Positions 40,189-49,685 of a stretch of DNA of 64,000 nucleotides are shown piece by piece. Each line of letters begins with the position of its first letter. The stretch's first letter is position 1. The DNA is from an uncultured Thermotogae bacterium. GTDB lineage: Bacteria > Bipolaricaulota > Bipolaricaulia > UBA7950 > UBA9294. The translations under genes were made by a program, and so were the position numbers. The DNA lies in the NCBI GenBank assembly GCA_964550615.1, contig CAZKAB010000007.1, positions 7-64,006 on the forward strand. Reading direction: 5' to 3'. The notes below the pieces were generated by a model. It ran no database searches, was not told the DNA's origin, and saw nothing but the letters and a program-made list of their open reading frames with translations.

Positions 40189-40710
40189 ATGGAGAAGCTG
40201 TTTGCATACATCGACGCTCGTACGCAGGGCGAACCGGGCGAAGCGGGGATCGGCATCGCGATTACCGATAAGGACGGCAACGTAATCGAGGAGATTGCCC
40301 ATCTAATAGGCCGGTCATCGTCACGCATAGCGCACTATCGCGCGCTGATCGAGGGAGCTCGCGCCGCAATCGCCTATTCCCCCCAGTCGGTTATCTTCTT
40401 CTTGAACGATCAACAGCTGGTGAACTACATAAACGGCGTATTCGCCACACGCGAACCGCACGTGAAACACCTGATCGAGATCGCAAAGGGGATACTGAAC
40501 AACTTTCCGCAGTGGCGCGTCAATTTCATTGATCGTAACGTCAATCGTTTAGCGGTACGGCTTGTGGAGCGCGCGTTTCACGATAATGTGCAGGCAAAGA
40601 TCGGACGCGAGAATCTGGAACTCCGGCTACTATCACGGGTGGCAACCCTTGATGACGACAACCTGGAACAGGTAATCGAATTCGCTGAACGGATGCAGTC
40701 AAGAGACTGA
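40189..40710 (+). CDS. RNase H-like (RNase HI / RVT_3-type) domain protein with degenerate catalytic residues
   Basis: YIDARTQG...GIGIAI (first Asp present), SRIAHYRALIEG (Glu position is His), FFLNDQQLV (Asp present), NRLAVRLVERA (last Asp position is Val). The ATG lies 6 nt after the tRNA. Confidence 0.6.
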   Translation: MEKLFAYIDARTQGEPGEAGIGIAITDKDGNVIEEIAHLIGRSSSRIAHYRALIEGARAAIAYSPQSVIFFLNDQQLVNYINGVFATREPHVKHLIEIAKGILNNFPQWRVNFIDRNVNRLAVRLVERAFHDNVQAKIGRENLELRLLSRVATLDDDNLEQVIEFAERMQSRD

Positions 40711-40712
40711 CA

Positions 40713-41171
40713 ATGCGCATCGTGTTGCAGCGAGTGAGTCATGCGTCTGTTTGTGTCAACGGGCAGTCGGTCGCGGAAATCGCACAAGGCATACTTCTCC
40801 TAATCGGTTTCACGGAAGCAGACAATGAGGAAATGTACACCCAAGCTGCGGAGAAGCTTGTCGAATTGCGAATCTTTGAGGACGACGACGGCAAGATGAA
40901 CAGATCGCTGCGCGAGATCGAAGGGAAGATCCTCGCGGTGCCGCAGTTCACTCTCTATGGAAACACCAAGAAGGGACGCCGTCCGAGCTTCTCAACTGCC
41001 GCGTCGCCGCAAAGGGCCGCGCCGATGTTTGACTCGTTCATCAGCGCGTTACGGGAAACGGGAGTCCCGGTGGAAACGGGGGTGTTCGGTGCTCATATGA
41101 AAGTCAATCTCACAAACGATGGCCCGGTTACGCTAATCATCGACCTTGCGCCAAGCCGGGTGGACGGCTAA
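40713..41171 (+). CDS. dtd: D-aminoacyl-tRNA deacylase
   Basis: MRIVLQRV, VPQFTLYGNTKKGRRPSF and NDGPVTLII motifs. Confidence 0.92.
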   Translation: MRIVLQRVSHASVCVNGQSVAEIAQGILLLIGFTEADNEEMYTQAAEKLVELRIFEDDDGKMNRSLREIEGKILAVPQFTLYGNTKKGRRPSFSTAASPQRAAPMFDSFISALRETGVPVETGVFGAHMKVNLTNDGPVTLIIDLAPSRVDG

Positions 41172-41223
41172 AATCTGCTCCTCAATCGGTTTACAAGCTT
41201 CAGTTTTTGTGTAAGGAGGAATA

Positions 41224-41412
41224 ATGGCGGTACCCAAATATCGTACCTCGCGTTCAAAGGGACGTATGCGACGCTCACACGTAGGCATGAACGCGCTTCC
41301 TGCGGCCGAGTGCCCACATTGCCACGAGATGAAACTCCCTCACCGCGCATGCCCACATTGCGGATACTACAACGGGATGGAGATCGTCACAGTAGACAAA
41401 GATACCGAATAG
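41224..41412 (+). CDS. rpmF: 50S ribosomal protein L32 (zinc-ribbon C+ form)
   Basis: MAVPKYRTSRSKGRMRRSH; CPHC...CPHCGYY. Confidence 0.93.
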   Translation: MAVPKYRTSRSKGRMRRSHVGMNALPAAECPHCHEMKLPHRACPHCGYYNGMEIVTVDKDTE

Positions 41413-41425
41413 CAGCGGATCTAAC

Positions 41426-41471
41426 GGCTGGTCCCCACGAGGATCAGCCTCGATTCTTCTTCTCTCTTTTT
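41426..41471 (+). terminator. Intrinsic terminator-like hairpin plus T-rich run after rpmF
   Basis: Stem ggctggtcc/ggatcagcc (9 bp, one G-U pair), followed by tcgattcttcttctctcttttt. The T-run also encodes the Lys-rich tail of the opposite-strand ORF. Confidence 0.5.
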
Positions 41472-41698
41472 ACTGCTTGTTTTGCTCTTTTCTTCACTAT
41501 TTTTGTCTGGTTGTCAAGCCTCATCTTCTCCAGTTCGAGATCCGTATTGAGAGAGCCATCGCCCTTCGATGAGCTGCGGCGCAACCGACGACGTTCGATG
41601 ATCCGCATCGCAAGCACGCGCCCGAATTGGCCGACGAAACCGGCGGCCAATGCCGCCAGTACCCACTTCAGTACGTTCCAGATCGCACTCTTGTCCAT
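41444..41698 (-). CDS. Hypothetical small membrane protein with a basic tail
   Basis: 84 aa. One TM (VLKWVLAALAAGFVGQF) followed by an Arg/Lys-rich tail. Weak SD. Confidence 0.45.
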   Translation of the reverse strand: MDKSAIWNVLKWVLAALAAGFVGQFGRVLAMRIIERRRLRRSSSKGDGSLNTDLELEKMRLDNQTKIVKKRAKQAVKREKKNRG

Positions 41699-41804
41699 GT
41701 TCGCGCTCTATGGTAGGCGCAATTTCCTCGCTTGACAAGCATAACCCGCTCTGTTATTGACTTTTCCCGCCCATCCGGAGAGAATGGTATCAGGAGAGGA
41801 GAGA

Positions 41805-43187
41805 ATGTCAGAGAAAGAACGAGCCGACGAGATCAACATATCCGGTTTGCGAGAGCAATGGCGTGAGATTCTGGAAAGAGTCAACGACCGTATCCTGCGG
41901 GCATGCCTACCCAAAGACACGCAGGCGGTTTCTCTCACTCCTGAACAGCTGACGATATCTGTCGACAGCGAGTTCAAGAAGGAATACTGCCTCCGCAAGC
42001 TTGCGAAGCTGGAGGAAATAGTGGGAAGCGCCATCGGTCCGCGCCGGGTTATCATCGGCGAGCCGCCTCTAGTTGAACAGGCAAAGAAGGATGACCCTCA
42101 GAAAAGGACAAATGCACGCATAGCAGTTCTTGGAATCGGCGATGGCGGGGTGAACGCAGTCGGGCGGATGAAGGAAGAAGAACTGCAAGGGGTCAGGCTG
42201 ATCGCTGTCGACACCGACAAGCAGGTGCTCGGGATCGCACATGCCGACGAGAAACTGCAGTTGGGCCTGGACATCACCGAGGGGCGCGGCACCGGCGGAG
42301 ACGAAACAAAGGGGAACAAAGCGGCAATCGAGTCCCGCTGGGAGATCAGCTCGCTGCTGAAGGGAATGGACCTCGTATTCATCACCGCCGGTCTCGGCGG
42401 CGGGACGGGCACCGGAGCGGCGCCGATCATCGCACGCATCGCAAAAGAGAATGGCGCGCTGACCATCGGTGTGGTAACCAAGCCATTCACCTTTGAAGGG
42501 ACAGTACGCGCGCAGCGAGCAGAACGCGGGCTCACGGCGCTGCGCACAGCCGCCGACGTGTTGATCACCATCTCCAACGACCGGCTGCTGGAGACCGCAA
42601 CCAAGGGTCTCGCCATGACCAAGGCGTTTGAGCTTGCCGACGGGATACTTCATCAAGGCGTGCGCGGCATATCCGACCTGGTTACAGTGCGCGGGTTGGT
42701 GAACCTCGATTTCGCCGACATCAGCAACGTCCTTGCCAGCGCCGGCGAGGCCATGATGGGCATGGGAACAGCCAACGGCGATCAACGCGCACTGACGGCG
42801 GCCAAGCTTGCCACCACCAACCCTCTCCTGGAAGGAGGGTCGATTCGCGGGGCACGCAAGATGATCATGAACGTCACCGGCGGAGAAGACATGACACTGG
42901 GTGAGGTTACCGCCGCCGCCGATCTTATCCGTCGCACCGCAGCGACAGAGTGCGATCTTGTTTTCGGGGCGGTCGTCCAGAGCGGGTTCACCGATGGAAT
43001 CAAGATCACGGTGATTGCCGCCGATTTCAGCGAGACCACCGATGAAGTGATCGATCGCAAGAAGCGATCGACGAATCGTCATCGCATTACCGTCGGAAAG
43101 GATCTCGATGTACCCGCCTTCATCCGTAGAGAGCGCGACACAAATCTCTCCTCTGCGAAAGAAGACACCAATAAACCCCGCAACTAG
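41805..43187 (+). CDS. ftsZ: Cell division protein FtsZ with a ~100-aa N-terminal extension
   Basis: Core motifs GIGDGGVNAV, GLGGGTGTGAAP and NLDFADI. C-terminal peptide DVPAFIRR. ATG 41805 follows AGGAGAGGAGA; the frame is open back to 41757. No ATG, GTG or TTG lies in frame just upstream of the GTPase core. Confidence 0.92.
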   Translation: MSEKERADEINISGLREQWREILERVNDRILRACLPKDTQAVSLTPEQLTISVDSEFKKEYCLRKLAKLEEIVGSAIGPRRVIIGEPPLVEQAKKDDPQKRTNARIAVLGIGDGGVNAVGRMKEEELQGVRLIAVDTDKQVLGIAHADEKLQLGLDITEGRGTGGDETKGNKAAIESRWEISSLLKGMDLVFITAGLGGGTGTGAAPIIARIAKENGALTIGVVTKPFTFEGTVRAQRAERGLTALRTAADVLITISNDRLLETATKGLAMTKAFELADGILHQGVRGISDLVTVRGLVNLDFADISNVLASAGEAMMGMGTANGDQRALTAAKLATTNPLLEGGSIRGARKMIMNVTGGEDMTLGEVTAAADLIRRTAATECDLVFGAVVQSGFTDGIKITVIAADFSETTDEVIDRKKRSTNRHRITVGKDLDVPAFIRRERDTNLSSAKEDTNKPRN

Positions 43188-43196
43188 TCGGCGATC

Positions 43197-45563
43197 ATGA
43201 GCATGTCTGCCTTAGAAAGAATAACCGAGCTGGAACGCAAGAACGCCGCTCTCCGACGCCGCCTGGACATGGAGCACCGTGGCAACCGTCCGAGCGAGCG
43301 GTTCTTCGACCTGGCTGCAGATTCCGGCGACTGGCTGTGGGAGATTGACATGAGTGGGAAATACACCTTCTCCACCGATGCTGTGAAGGCAATTCTCGGC
43401 TATGCATCAGAAGAGATGATCGGCAGGCATTTCTACGACTTCTTCCACCCTGAAGACAAGGAAAGCCTAATGTCCAGTGCAATGGGGACGATCAGAGACG
43501 GACATCCATTTGTGAACCTCCGCAACCGGAATATCCACAAGGACGGCCATACCGTCATCCTTGAGACGACCGGGTTTCCACTCACGGATGATGATGGCAA
43601 CATCATTGGTTTCCGTGGAGCTGATCGCGACATTACGGCACAGGAAGATGCGCTTCTGGCACTGCAGGCCAGTCGCAAGCAGTGGCGCGCGCTGTACAAG
43701 GGAATACCTATTCCAACCGTCACCTGGCGCCATGTCGGCGGCGATTTCGAGTTGATAGACTACAACGACGCCATTGAGCAACTCTCCGGGGGAAAGATCG
43801 CAGAGCATCACGGAAGGAAGGCGAGCGAGATCTACCCCGACCGCGCTTGGATCCCCGACATCATCAGAAGATGTTACGAGACACACGAGACGCAGCGGGA
43901 AGAGACGGACTATCAGTTCATCACCACCGGGGAGAAGCGCGCGGTGTGGGCGACGTTCGGCTTTGTCCCTCCGGACATGGTTGTTGTGCACCTGATAGAC
44001 ATCACCTCTCACAGAGAGGCGGAAAAGGCGCTGCAAGAAGCAAACTCGGACATGCAACGAATCCTCGACGCGATGGGAGAGGGACTCGTCGTTCTCAACG
44101 CCGAGAACGAGATGACGCGTCTGAATAGGGCTTCGTGTGACATGTTCGGCTACCACCCCTCAGAAATACTCGGCAAACGTAACACGTTCTGGACGCATCC
44201 GGACTCCCGCGAACGCCTGGCCGATGAACTGGCCAAGAGAAAGAGAGGAGAGCGCAGCACGTACGAGGCCCGCTATGTACGAAAGGACGGTTCAGGATTC
44301 TGGACGCGCGTAATTGCCGTACCGATAATCGATGCTGACGGAGTGTTTCAAGGTTCGGTTGGCTGTCTGAGTGACATCACCGGCGAGAAGCAGGCGCTGG
44401 AGGAGCTACGGCGGTTGCATGATTTCAACGAGAAACTGATCAAGACCGCAAGCGTATGGATCAATGCCACCGACAGGGAGGGGAACATCACCCTGTGGAA
44501 CGATGAAGCGGAGAAGATAACCGGCTACGGTCGCAGCGAGGTTATCGGAAACGGAAGGATTTGGGAATGGCTGTATCCAGACCCAGCATACCGTTCCACC
44601 ATCTGGCAGGGTCAAGAATCGATCCGATCGGACGATGAAAGCTCGGAACGTATTGAGACAATCATCCGCACCAAATCCGGAGAAGAGCGGATCATCGCCT
44701 GGTATGGGCGACCTCTTTTCGAGAAAGAAGGCAATCCTAGCGGCTGGGTAATCGTCGGGCACGATGTGACCAAAGCGAGGCACACCGTACAACAGCTGCA
44801 GGACTACGCTACCCAGGTATTGAAGCTCAATAGGGAGAAGAACCGCTTTCTTTCGTTCGCCTCACACGAACTGCGCACGCCGTTGACGATCATTCGCGGC
44901 TTTGCGGATCTACTTTCCGAAGATACTCTCAATCCCGATCAGAAAGACAAGATCGCGCGCATTCAGGTGCAGATTGATCGCCTCACGGCGCTGCTCACCA
45001 ACCTGCTCAATATCTCACGCATAGACGCAGGAGAGGCAAATCTGAAACTTGATCTGATAGATCTTGCTGTCGTCACATCAAGCGTCATCGATAACCTTTC
45101 GCCGTACGCCTCCACGAGAGAACTCACGATCAGTCACAGCAATGAGAAAGAATCGGTGATAGCCTACGCCAACGGCGAAGCCGTAGAACAAGTTGTGATG
45201 AACCTCCTGACCAATGCGATAAACTACACGCCACGGGGGGGAGAGATCAAGGTAGTGTTGCAGCGGGACGAGAACAAAGCGAGAATATTGGTGTCGGACA
45301 CTGGCATCGGGATCCGAAAAGCAGAGATGGAGAAGATCTTCGCCGAGTTCCACCGTACCGACCATGCACGCAAGATGAAGGCAACCGGAAACGGACTCGG
45401 ACTTTCGATTGTCAGACGCTTAGTAGAAGAGATGAACGGCTCGGTGTGGGCCAGCAGCGCCGGTAGGGGAAAAGGGAGCGCGTTCTCGGTAACCCTCCCA
45501 TCCCATGCCCCGAAAGAGAAACTACACGCGGAGATTGAGGACTGTGCGAATACTGATCTGTGA
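43197..45563 (+). CDS. Multi-PAS sensor histidine kinase
   Basis: About four PAS repeats. H-box SHELRTPLTII, N-box LLTNAINYT, G-boxes DTGIGI and GNGLGLSIV. Confidence 0.92.
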   Translation: MSMSALERITELERKNAALRRRLDMEHRGNRPSERFFDLAADSGDWLWEIDMSGKYTFSTDAVKAILGYASEEMIGRHFYDFFHPEDKESLMSSAMGTIRDGHPFVNLRNRNIHKDGHTVILETTGFPLTDDDGNIIGFRGADRDITAQEDALLALQASRKQWRALYKGIPIPTVTWRHVGGDFELIDYNDAIEQLSGGKIAEHHGRKASEIYPDRAWIPDIIRRCYETHETQREETDYQFITTGEKRAVWATFGFVPPDMVVVHLIDITSHREAEKALQEANSDMQRILDAMGEGLVVLNAENEMTRLNRASCDMFGYHPSEILGKRNTFWTHPDSRERLADELAKRKRGERSTYEARYVRKDGSGFWTRVIAVPIIDADGVFQGSVGCLSDITGEKQALEELRRLHDFNEKLIKTASVWINATDREGNITLWNDEAEKITGYGRSEVIGNGRIWEWLYPDPAYRSTIWQGQESIRSDDESSERIETIIRTKSGEERIIAWYGRPLFEKEGNPSGWVIVGHDVTKARHTVQQLQDYATQVLKLNREKNRFLSFASHELRTPLTIIRGFADLLSEDTLNPDQKDKIARIQVQIDRLTALLTNLLNISRIDAGEANLKLDLIDLAVVTSSVIDNLSPYASTRELTISHSNEKESVIAYANGEAVEQVVMNLLTNAINYTPRGGEIKVVLQRDENKARILVSDTGIGIRKAEMEKIFAEFHRTDHARKMKATGNGLGLSIVRRLVEEMNGSVWASSAGRGKGSAFSVTLPSHAPKEKLHAEIEDCANTDL

Positions 45564-46221
45564 AGACGACCCTGACATAAGAGACATTCTGCACAGTTAC
45601 CTTACAAGCGAAGGGTACGAGGTGCAGTTAGCCGCCAGCGGCGAGCGACTTCTCCAGATGTTCACGAAGAGTCGTCCCGATCTTGTGATACTCGATGTCA
45701 TGCTTCCGGGAATCGACGGGTGGGAGGTTCTCAATCGCCTACGTGTTCGCAGCCGATGTCCGGTGATCATGCTGACGGCACTTGGACGCGTTACCGACAA
45801 GGTGAAGGGACTCTCCACCGGCGCCGATGACTACATCACAAAGCCATTCCAACTGGAAGAGGTCGGTGCCCGTATCGCGGCCGTGTTGCGCCGCTCCACA
45901 CCCCCATCCGGCAACCTTTCGCTCGAGATCGACGACCTACGCAAGATTGTCGTACTACGCGGAAACGAGGTGACTCTCTCCCCCAAGGAGTTCGCTCTGT
46001 TGAAGCTGTTGGCATCACATCCGGGTCGCGTCTTCTCCCGCGAAGACATACTCGCCGAACTCTGGCCAAAGAGCCACTACGCCACCGCGCAAGACGTGCA
46101 GAAGTACGTATACCTTCTCCGCAAGAGAATCGAGCGTGATCCAAGCAACCCCGAGTACATCCTTACGGTACGCGGCTTTGGCTACCGTTTGGCAGAGCAG
46201 CTCGTCACTCCGTCACCGTAA
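45544..46221 (+). CDS. OmpR/PhoB-family response regulator
   Basis: GTG start VRILICEDD. DLVILDVMLPGIDG receiver domain. Winged helix LTVRGFGYRL. 20-nt overlap with the kinase. Confidence 0.92.
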   Translation: MRILICEDDPDIRDILHSYLTSEGYEVQLAASGERLLQMFTKSRPDLVILDVMLPGIDGWEVLNRLRVRSRCPVIMLTALGRVTDKVKGLSTGADDYITKPFQLEEVGARIAAVLRRSTPPSGNLSLEIDDLRKIVVLRGNEVTLSPKEFALLKLLASHPGRVFSREDILAELWPKSHYATAQDVQKYVYLLRKRIERDPSNPEYILTVRGFGYRLAEQLVTPSP

Positions 46222-48628
46222 TCAAGCGAGAGGTGCGTGCAATCGCCCCCTGTTCGTCGATAGCAACCATGGTAACGGTGTAGGTTCCGGGAGAATTGTA
46301 GATATGCACCGGTGACACGGGCGCTCCATCGCCGCATTCTCCTGCGTTTCCGGGACAAGTGATCCCATCTCCGAAGTCCCATGCCACATGCACAATGCTG
46401 CCAGTAGGGCTCTGATCTCTAGAGAGGTTCCGGAATGAGACTGGAGCTCCAACACGCGGACTGGTAGGGGAGAATTCGAATGAAGCCAACGGAACGGCGT
46501 TTGCAACTGCAACCTTCCGCGCGCACTCATGCGACGGTGCGCCATCGTCATCCGTCACCACCAGTTTCACCGTATACGTTCCGTCGTCCGGGAATCGGTG
46601 GCTCGGCGCGCTTCCGGCGGCGGTTGTTCCGTCCCCGAAGTCCCATCTCCAGGAAGCGATCGTTCCATCAGTGTCCTTCGCCGTCCCTGCAAAGGCAACA
46701 CCCTCAGCATCCGTCGGAGACTCGGGCGACCAGGAAAAAGCAGCTGTAGGTGGGCGATTAGAGACCGTCACCGTCACCGGCGCAGACACCGCCGTTGCGC
46801 CATCGTCATCCGTCACCCGCAACGTGACACTGTAGACGCCATCATCAGAGAATGTTCGCGACAACGTTGGCTCGCTCGTCGTCTCGTCGTAAGTTCCGTT
46901 GCCGTCGAAATCCCACTCGTAAAGGACAGTCTTTCCTTGAGGACTCATGTCTCGAGATTGAGATCCATCGAACAGTACCGAGTCCCCGGTGAGTACATCG
47001 CCCACCGGCTGCACATTAGCAACAGGCGCAAGATTTGCCACGTTGACATCGGCCCGCACTGATGCGGTTGCCCCGTTGTTGTCGGTCACAGTGAGTGTAA
47101 CGGTGTATGTTCCGTCTTCCTGATAAGCGTGTTGCGCCGCCTTCCCGCTTGTGGAGATTCCATCGCCAAAATCCCAGCGCCAAGAAGAAATCGTTCCATC
47201 CTCATCGTGCGAACAATCGGAGAAACGCACCGTCTCATCTTCGTCGGGCGAAAATTCGGATACCTGCATCGCCGCTTGTGGAGGACAATTCACATCCACC
47301 ACATCGGCATGGGGAAGCGACACCGTGCCGGAATCATCGATGACAGATAGAATGATCTTCTGCTCACCGCAATCGGCGAACGAGACCGTTATAATCGGAT
47401 CGTCGCCGACGCGATCGACCGTTCCATCTCCATCCAAGTCCCAATCGTATTGTGCGATCGTTCCGTCAAGATCGAACGCACCGCCGGCATCGAGCGTGAC
47501 TTCGGCTCCCTTGTTCGGCCGCGCGGGAGAGACGCCAAACGCGGCCACAGGGGCGCGGGAAGCAACCACGAGAGATCGTGTCTGAATGACCGTCTCCCCC
47601 CACGCGTCGGTCACCGTATGAGAGATAACGTAAACCCCGCCGGTATTGTAGGTATGTGAGGCGGTCTGACCGCCCCCGAGTTTTCCATCACCAAAATCCC
47701 ACGCCCAAGCGACGATCCTTCCGGCTGGGTCGCTCGATTCATCAAGAAATAGGACCGGATCGAGACTCTGCAGGATACGACTCGATGACGACGGCTGTAC
47801 ACTGAAATCGACCAGTGGCGGCGCTTTGACGATAATCGTCACACGTCCTGTCTCCTGCGCCACGCCGCCTCTGTCATCTTGTACAGTGAGAGAGACGACA
47901 TGTTCGCCGACCTTGAGATAAGTGTGGCTGGTCGTCTGCCCTCGGCCGATCGTTGCATCGCCGAAATTCCACAGATACGCCACGACTTTCCCATCGGAAT
48001 CGCCGGATCGAGATGCGTCGAAGCGGACCGGTTCACCCGGATACGCCGGGTCGGGAGAGAACGAAAACGCGGGAACCGGAGGAATGTTCGAGACAGAGTT
48101 TCTCGCACCCGGTGTACCGTAGTAGAGGCCGCTTGGCGCCATTGTGGTTGATGACGCCCAATTATCCGGCGAGTCGGGCGCTTGCGGATTTATCCGCTCC
48201 ATCGTGCGCGGTTCTTCTCCGGATGCTCCCGCGGGCCATGCCGTCGCACGACGATTCGCGGCGTCGACCTCGTTTCCTGCCGAATCGATCAGGCGTAGCC
48301 CCTCTCCGCCATCACGGAGGGCACCGGAGTACGCAAAGTCTCCATCCACCGTGCTATCTCCATCTTGTCGACTGAGAACGATGAACCCGTGAGAATCGAT
48401 GCTCCCCGCCAGAGTCACATTCGGCGAGCCATCGGAAGAGATAAGGCGCCAACCCGAAAGATCAACATCGTTATCGGTTGGATTGTAGAGTTCAATCCAC
48501 TCTGCCTGTGGGTTACCGGCTTCTCCTCCCCAGGCGACCTCGTTTATCACCACAGAGCCGGCCGCACAAACGACAGACGTTACAAGTACTCCCATGATCA
48601 TCAAGGCAGTCGTCAGGGATTTGTTCAC
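46205..48628 (-). CDS. Secreted protein: lamin-tail domain (LTD) plus about 8 PKD repeats
   Basis: GTG at 48628 follows GAGGAGG. LTD motif VVINEVAWGG...EWIELYNPTDNDVDLSGW. Repeated W(D/N)FGDG...Y.V.LTVTDD units. The 3' end overlaps the regulator gene by 17 nt (convergent). Confidence 0.88.
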   Translation of the reverse strand: MNKSLTTALMIMGVLVTSVVCAAGSVVINEVAWGGEAGNPQAEWIELYNPTDNDVDLSGWRLISSDGSPNVTLAGSIDSHGFIVLSRQDGDSTVDGDFAYSGALRDGGEGLRLIDSAGNEVDAANRRATAWPAGASGEEPRTMERINPQAPDSPDNWASSTTMAPSGLYYGTPGARNSVSNIPPVPAFSFSPDPAYPGEPVRFDASRSGDSDGKVVAYLWNFGDATIGRGQTTSHTYLKVGEHVVSLTVQDDRGGVAQETGRVTIIVKAPPLVDFSVQPSSSSRILQSLDPVLFLDESSDPAGRIVAWAWDFGDGKLGGGQTASHTYNTGGVYVISHTVTDAWGETVIQTRSLVVASRAPVAAFGVSPARPNKGAEVTLDAGGAFDLDGTIAQYDWDLDGDGTVDRVGDDPIITVSFADCGEQKIILSVIDDSGTVSLPHADVVDVNCPPQAAMQVSEFSPDEDETVRFSDCSHDEDGTISSWRWDFGDGISTSGKAAQHAYQEDGTYTVTLTVTDNNGATASVRADVNVANLAPVANVQPVGDVLTGDSVLFDGSQSRDMSPQGKTVLYEWDFDGNGTYDETTSEPTLSRTFSDDGVYSVTLRVTDDDGATAVSAPVTVTVSNRPPTAAFSWSPESPTDAEGVAFAGTAKDTDGTIASWRWDFGDGTTAAGSAPSHRFPDDGTYTVKLVVTDDDGAPSHECARKVAVANAVPLASFEFSPTSPRVGAPVSFRNLSRDQSPTGSIVHVAWDFGDGITCPGNAGECGDGAPVSPVHIYNSPGTYTVTMVAIDEQGAIARTSRLITVTE

Positions 48629-48971
48629 CGCTTCCTCCTCAAAGCTTCCTCGCTCCGCGCAAAACCTGTGAGCACGGAAACACATTGCCTGGCAACACTA
48701 TGGCGAGGCAACACATTACCAAGTTAACACATCACAGGCAGGCGGTCCAAGTGGCCGGGAAGAATCGAGTCGATTTTGGGCGCCTACGATCGACGCCACG
48801 TGCTCGCCCCGCAAGGTCTTGGCTTCATCCCGCGGGATCGGTGTGCAGGGTGCAGGACGAGTGGCTCTGGTAATCGATTTTGGGCGCCGGTGATACCCAC
48901 CAGACGTCTCTCCTGTATGTAGCATTGACTGCGGTTAGCCACCGCTATGCTTGGATTCCTAAGGACCGAGT

Positions 48972-49685
48972 TCAGGGTGCGCTCTTGATGTCTTGCTGCT
49001 CTTCGTCGGAGGCGATCAAGCCGTCGACTATGGTCACCAATCTGCTTACCCGGCCAAGAAGGCGGCTGTCGTGAGTGGCAAAGAGAAAGGTTGCTCCCCT
49101 CTCCGTGTTCAATCTTCTCATCAGATCGATCAGATCGAGACTGGTTGCCGTGTCGAGGTTCGCCGTAGGCTCGTCGGCGAGAACGATCGCCGGCGTAGCG
49201 ATCACGGCCCGCGCTACCGCAACCCGTTGCTGTTGTCCGCCGGAGATGCGATTTGGATACTGATTCGCATACTGCTCAATCCCCAGTTCGGAGAGGATTG
49301 CCCGCGCCCTTGCTATGCGCTCGCTCCGCACGATCCCCTGCAACTCAAGCACGAACGCCGTGTTCTCAAGTACGGTGAGAACAGGAATCAGGTTGTATGC
49401 TTGGAAGACAAACCCGATGTTCGTCAACCGTAGGCGCGCCAATTCGTCCTTGGACAAAGTGGATAGAGCCTTCCCCTCAAGCAAGATGTCTCCGGACGTC
49501 GGGCGGTCCAGCCCCCCCAAGAGATGCAGCAGGGTCGATTTCCCCGACCCGGACGGGCCGGCAATCGCCGTGAATTCACCTTTGATAAGCTCAAGATCGA
49601 TCCCACGCAACGCCGGTGTCTCAACGGTGCCGGAGGTGTAGACCTTGCGAAGGTCTTTCGTTTCAATCAATGGATTACTCAACAT
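48972..49685 (-). CDS. ABC transporter ATP-binding protein (LolD/MacB type)
   Basis: Walker [10 protein letters not shown], signature [29 protein letters not shown]. Start [12 protein letters not shown]. Confidence 0.92.
   Translation of the reverse strand: MLSNPLIETKDLRKVYTSGTVETPALRGIDLELIKGEFTAIAGPSGSGKSTLLHLLGGLDRPTSGDILLEGKALSTLSKDELARLRLTNIGFVFQAYNLIPVLTVLENTAFVLELQGIVRSERIARARAILSELGIEQYANQYPNRISGGQQQRVAVARAVIATPAIVLADEPTANLDTATSLDLIDLMRRLNTERGATFLFATHDSRLLGRVSRLVTIVDGLIASDEEQQDIKSAP

Noticed and set aside
42069-43082. 337-aa minus-strand ORF
   Set aside because: It is antisense to ftsZ (shadow frame).
46205-48628. Regularly spaced ~270-nt DNA repeats (checked as a possible CRISPR or tandem array)
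   Set aside because: The periodicity is protein-level PKD-domain repetition inside one long ORF. The units are divergent and there is no repeat-spacer architecture.
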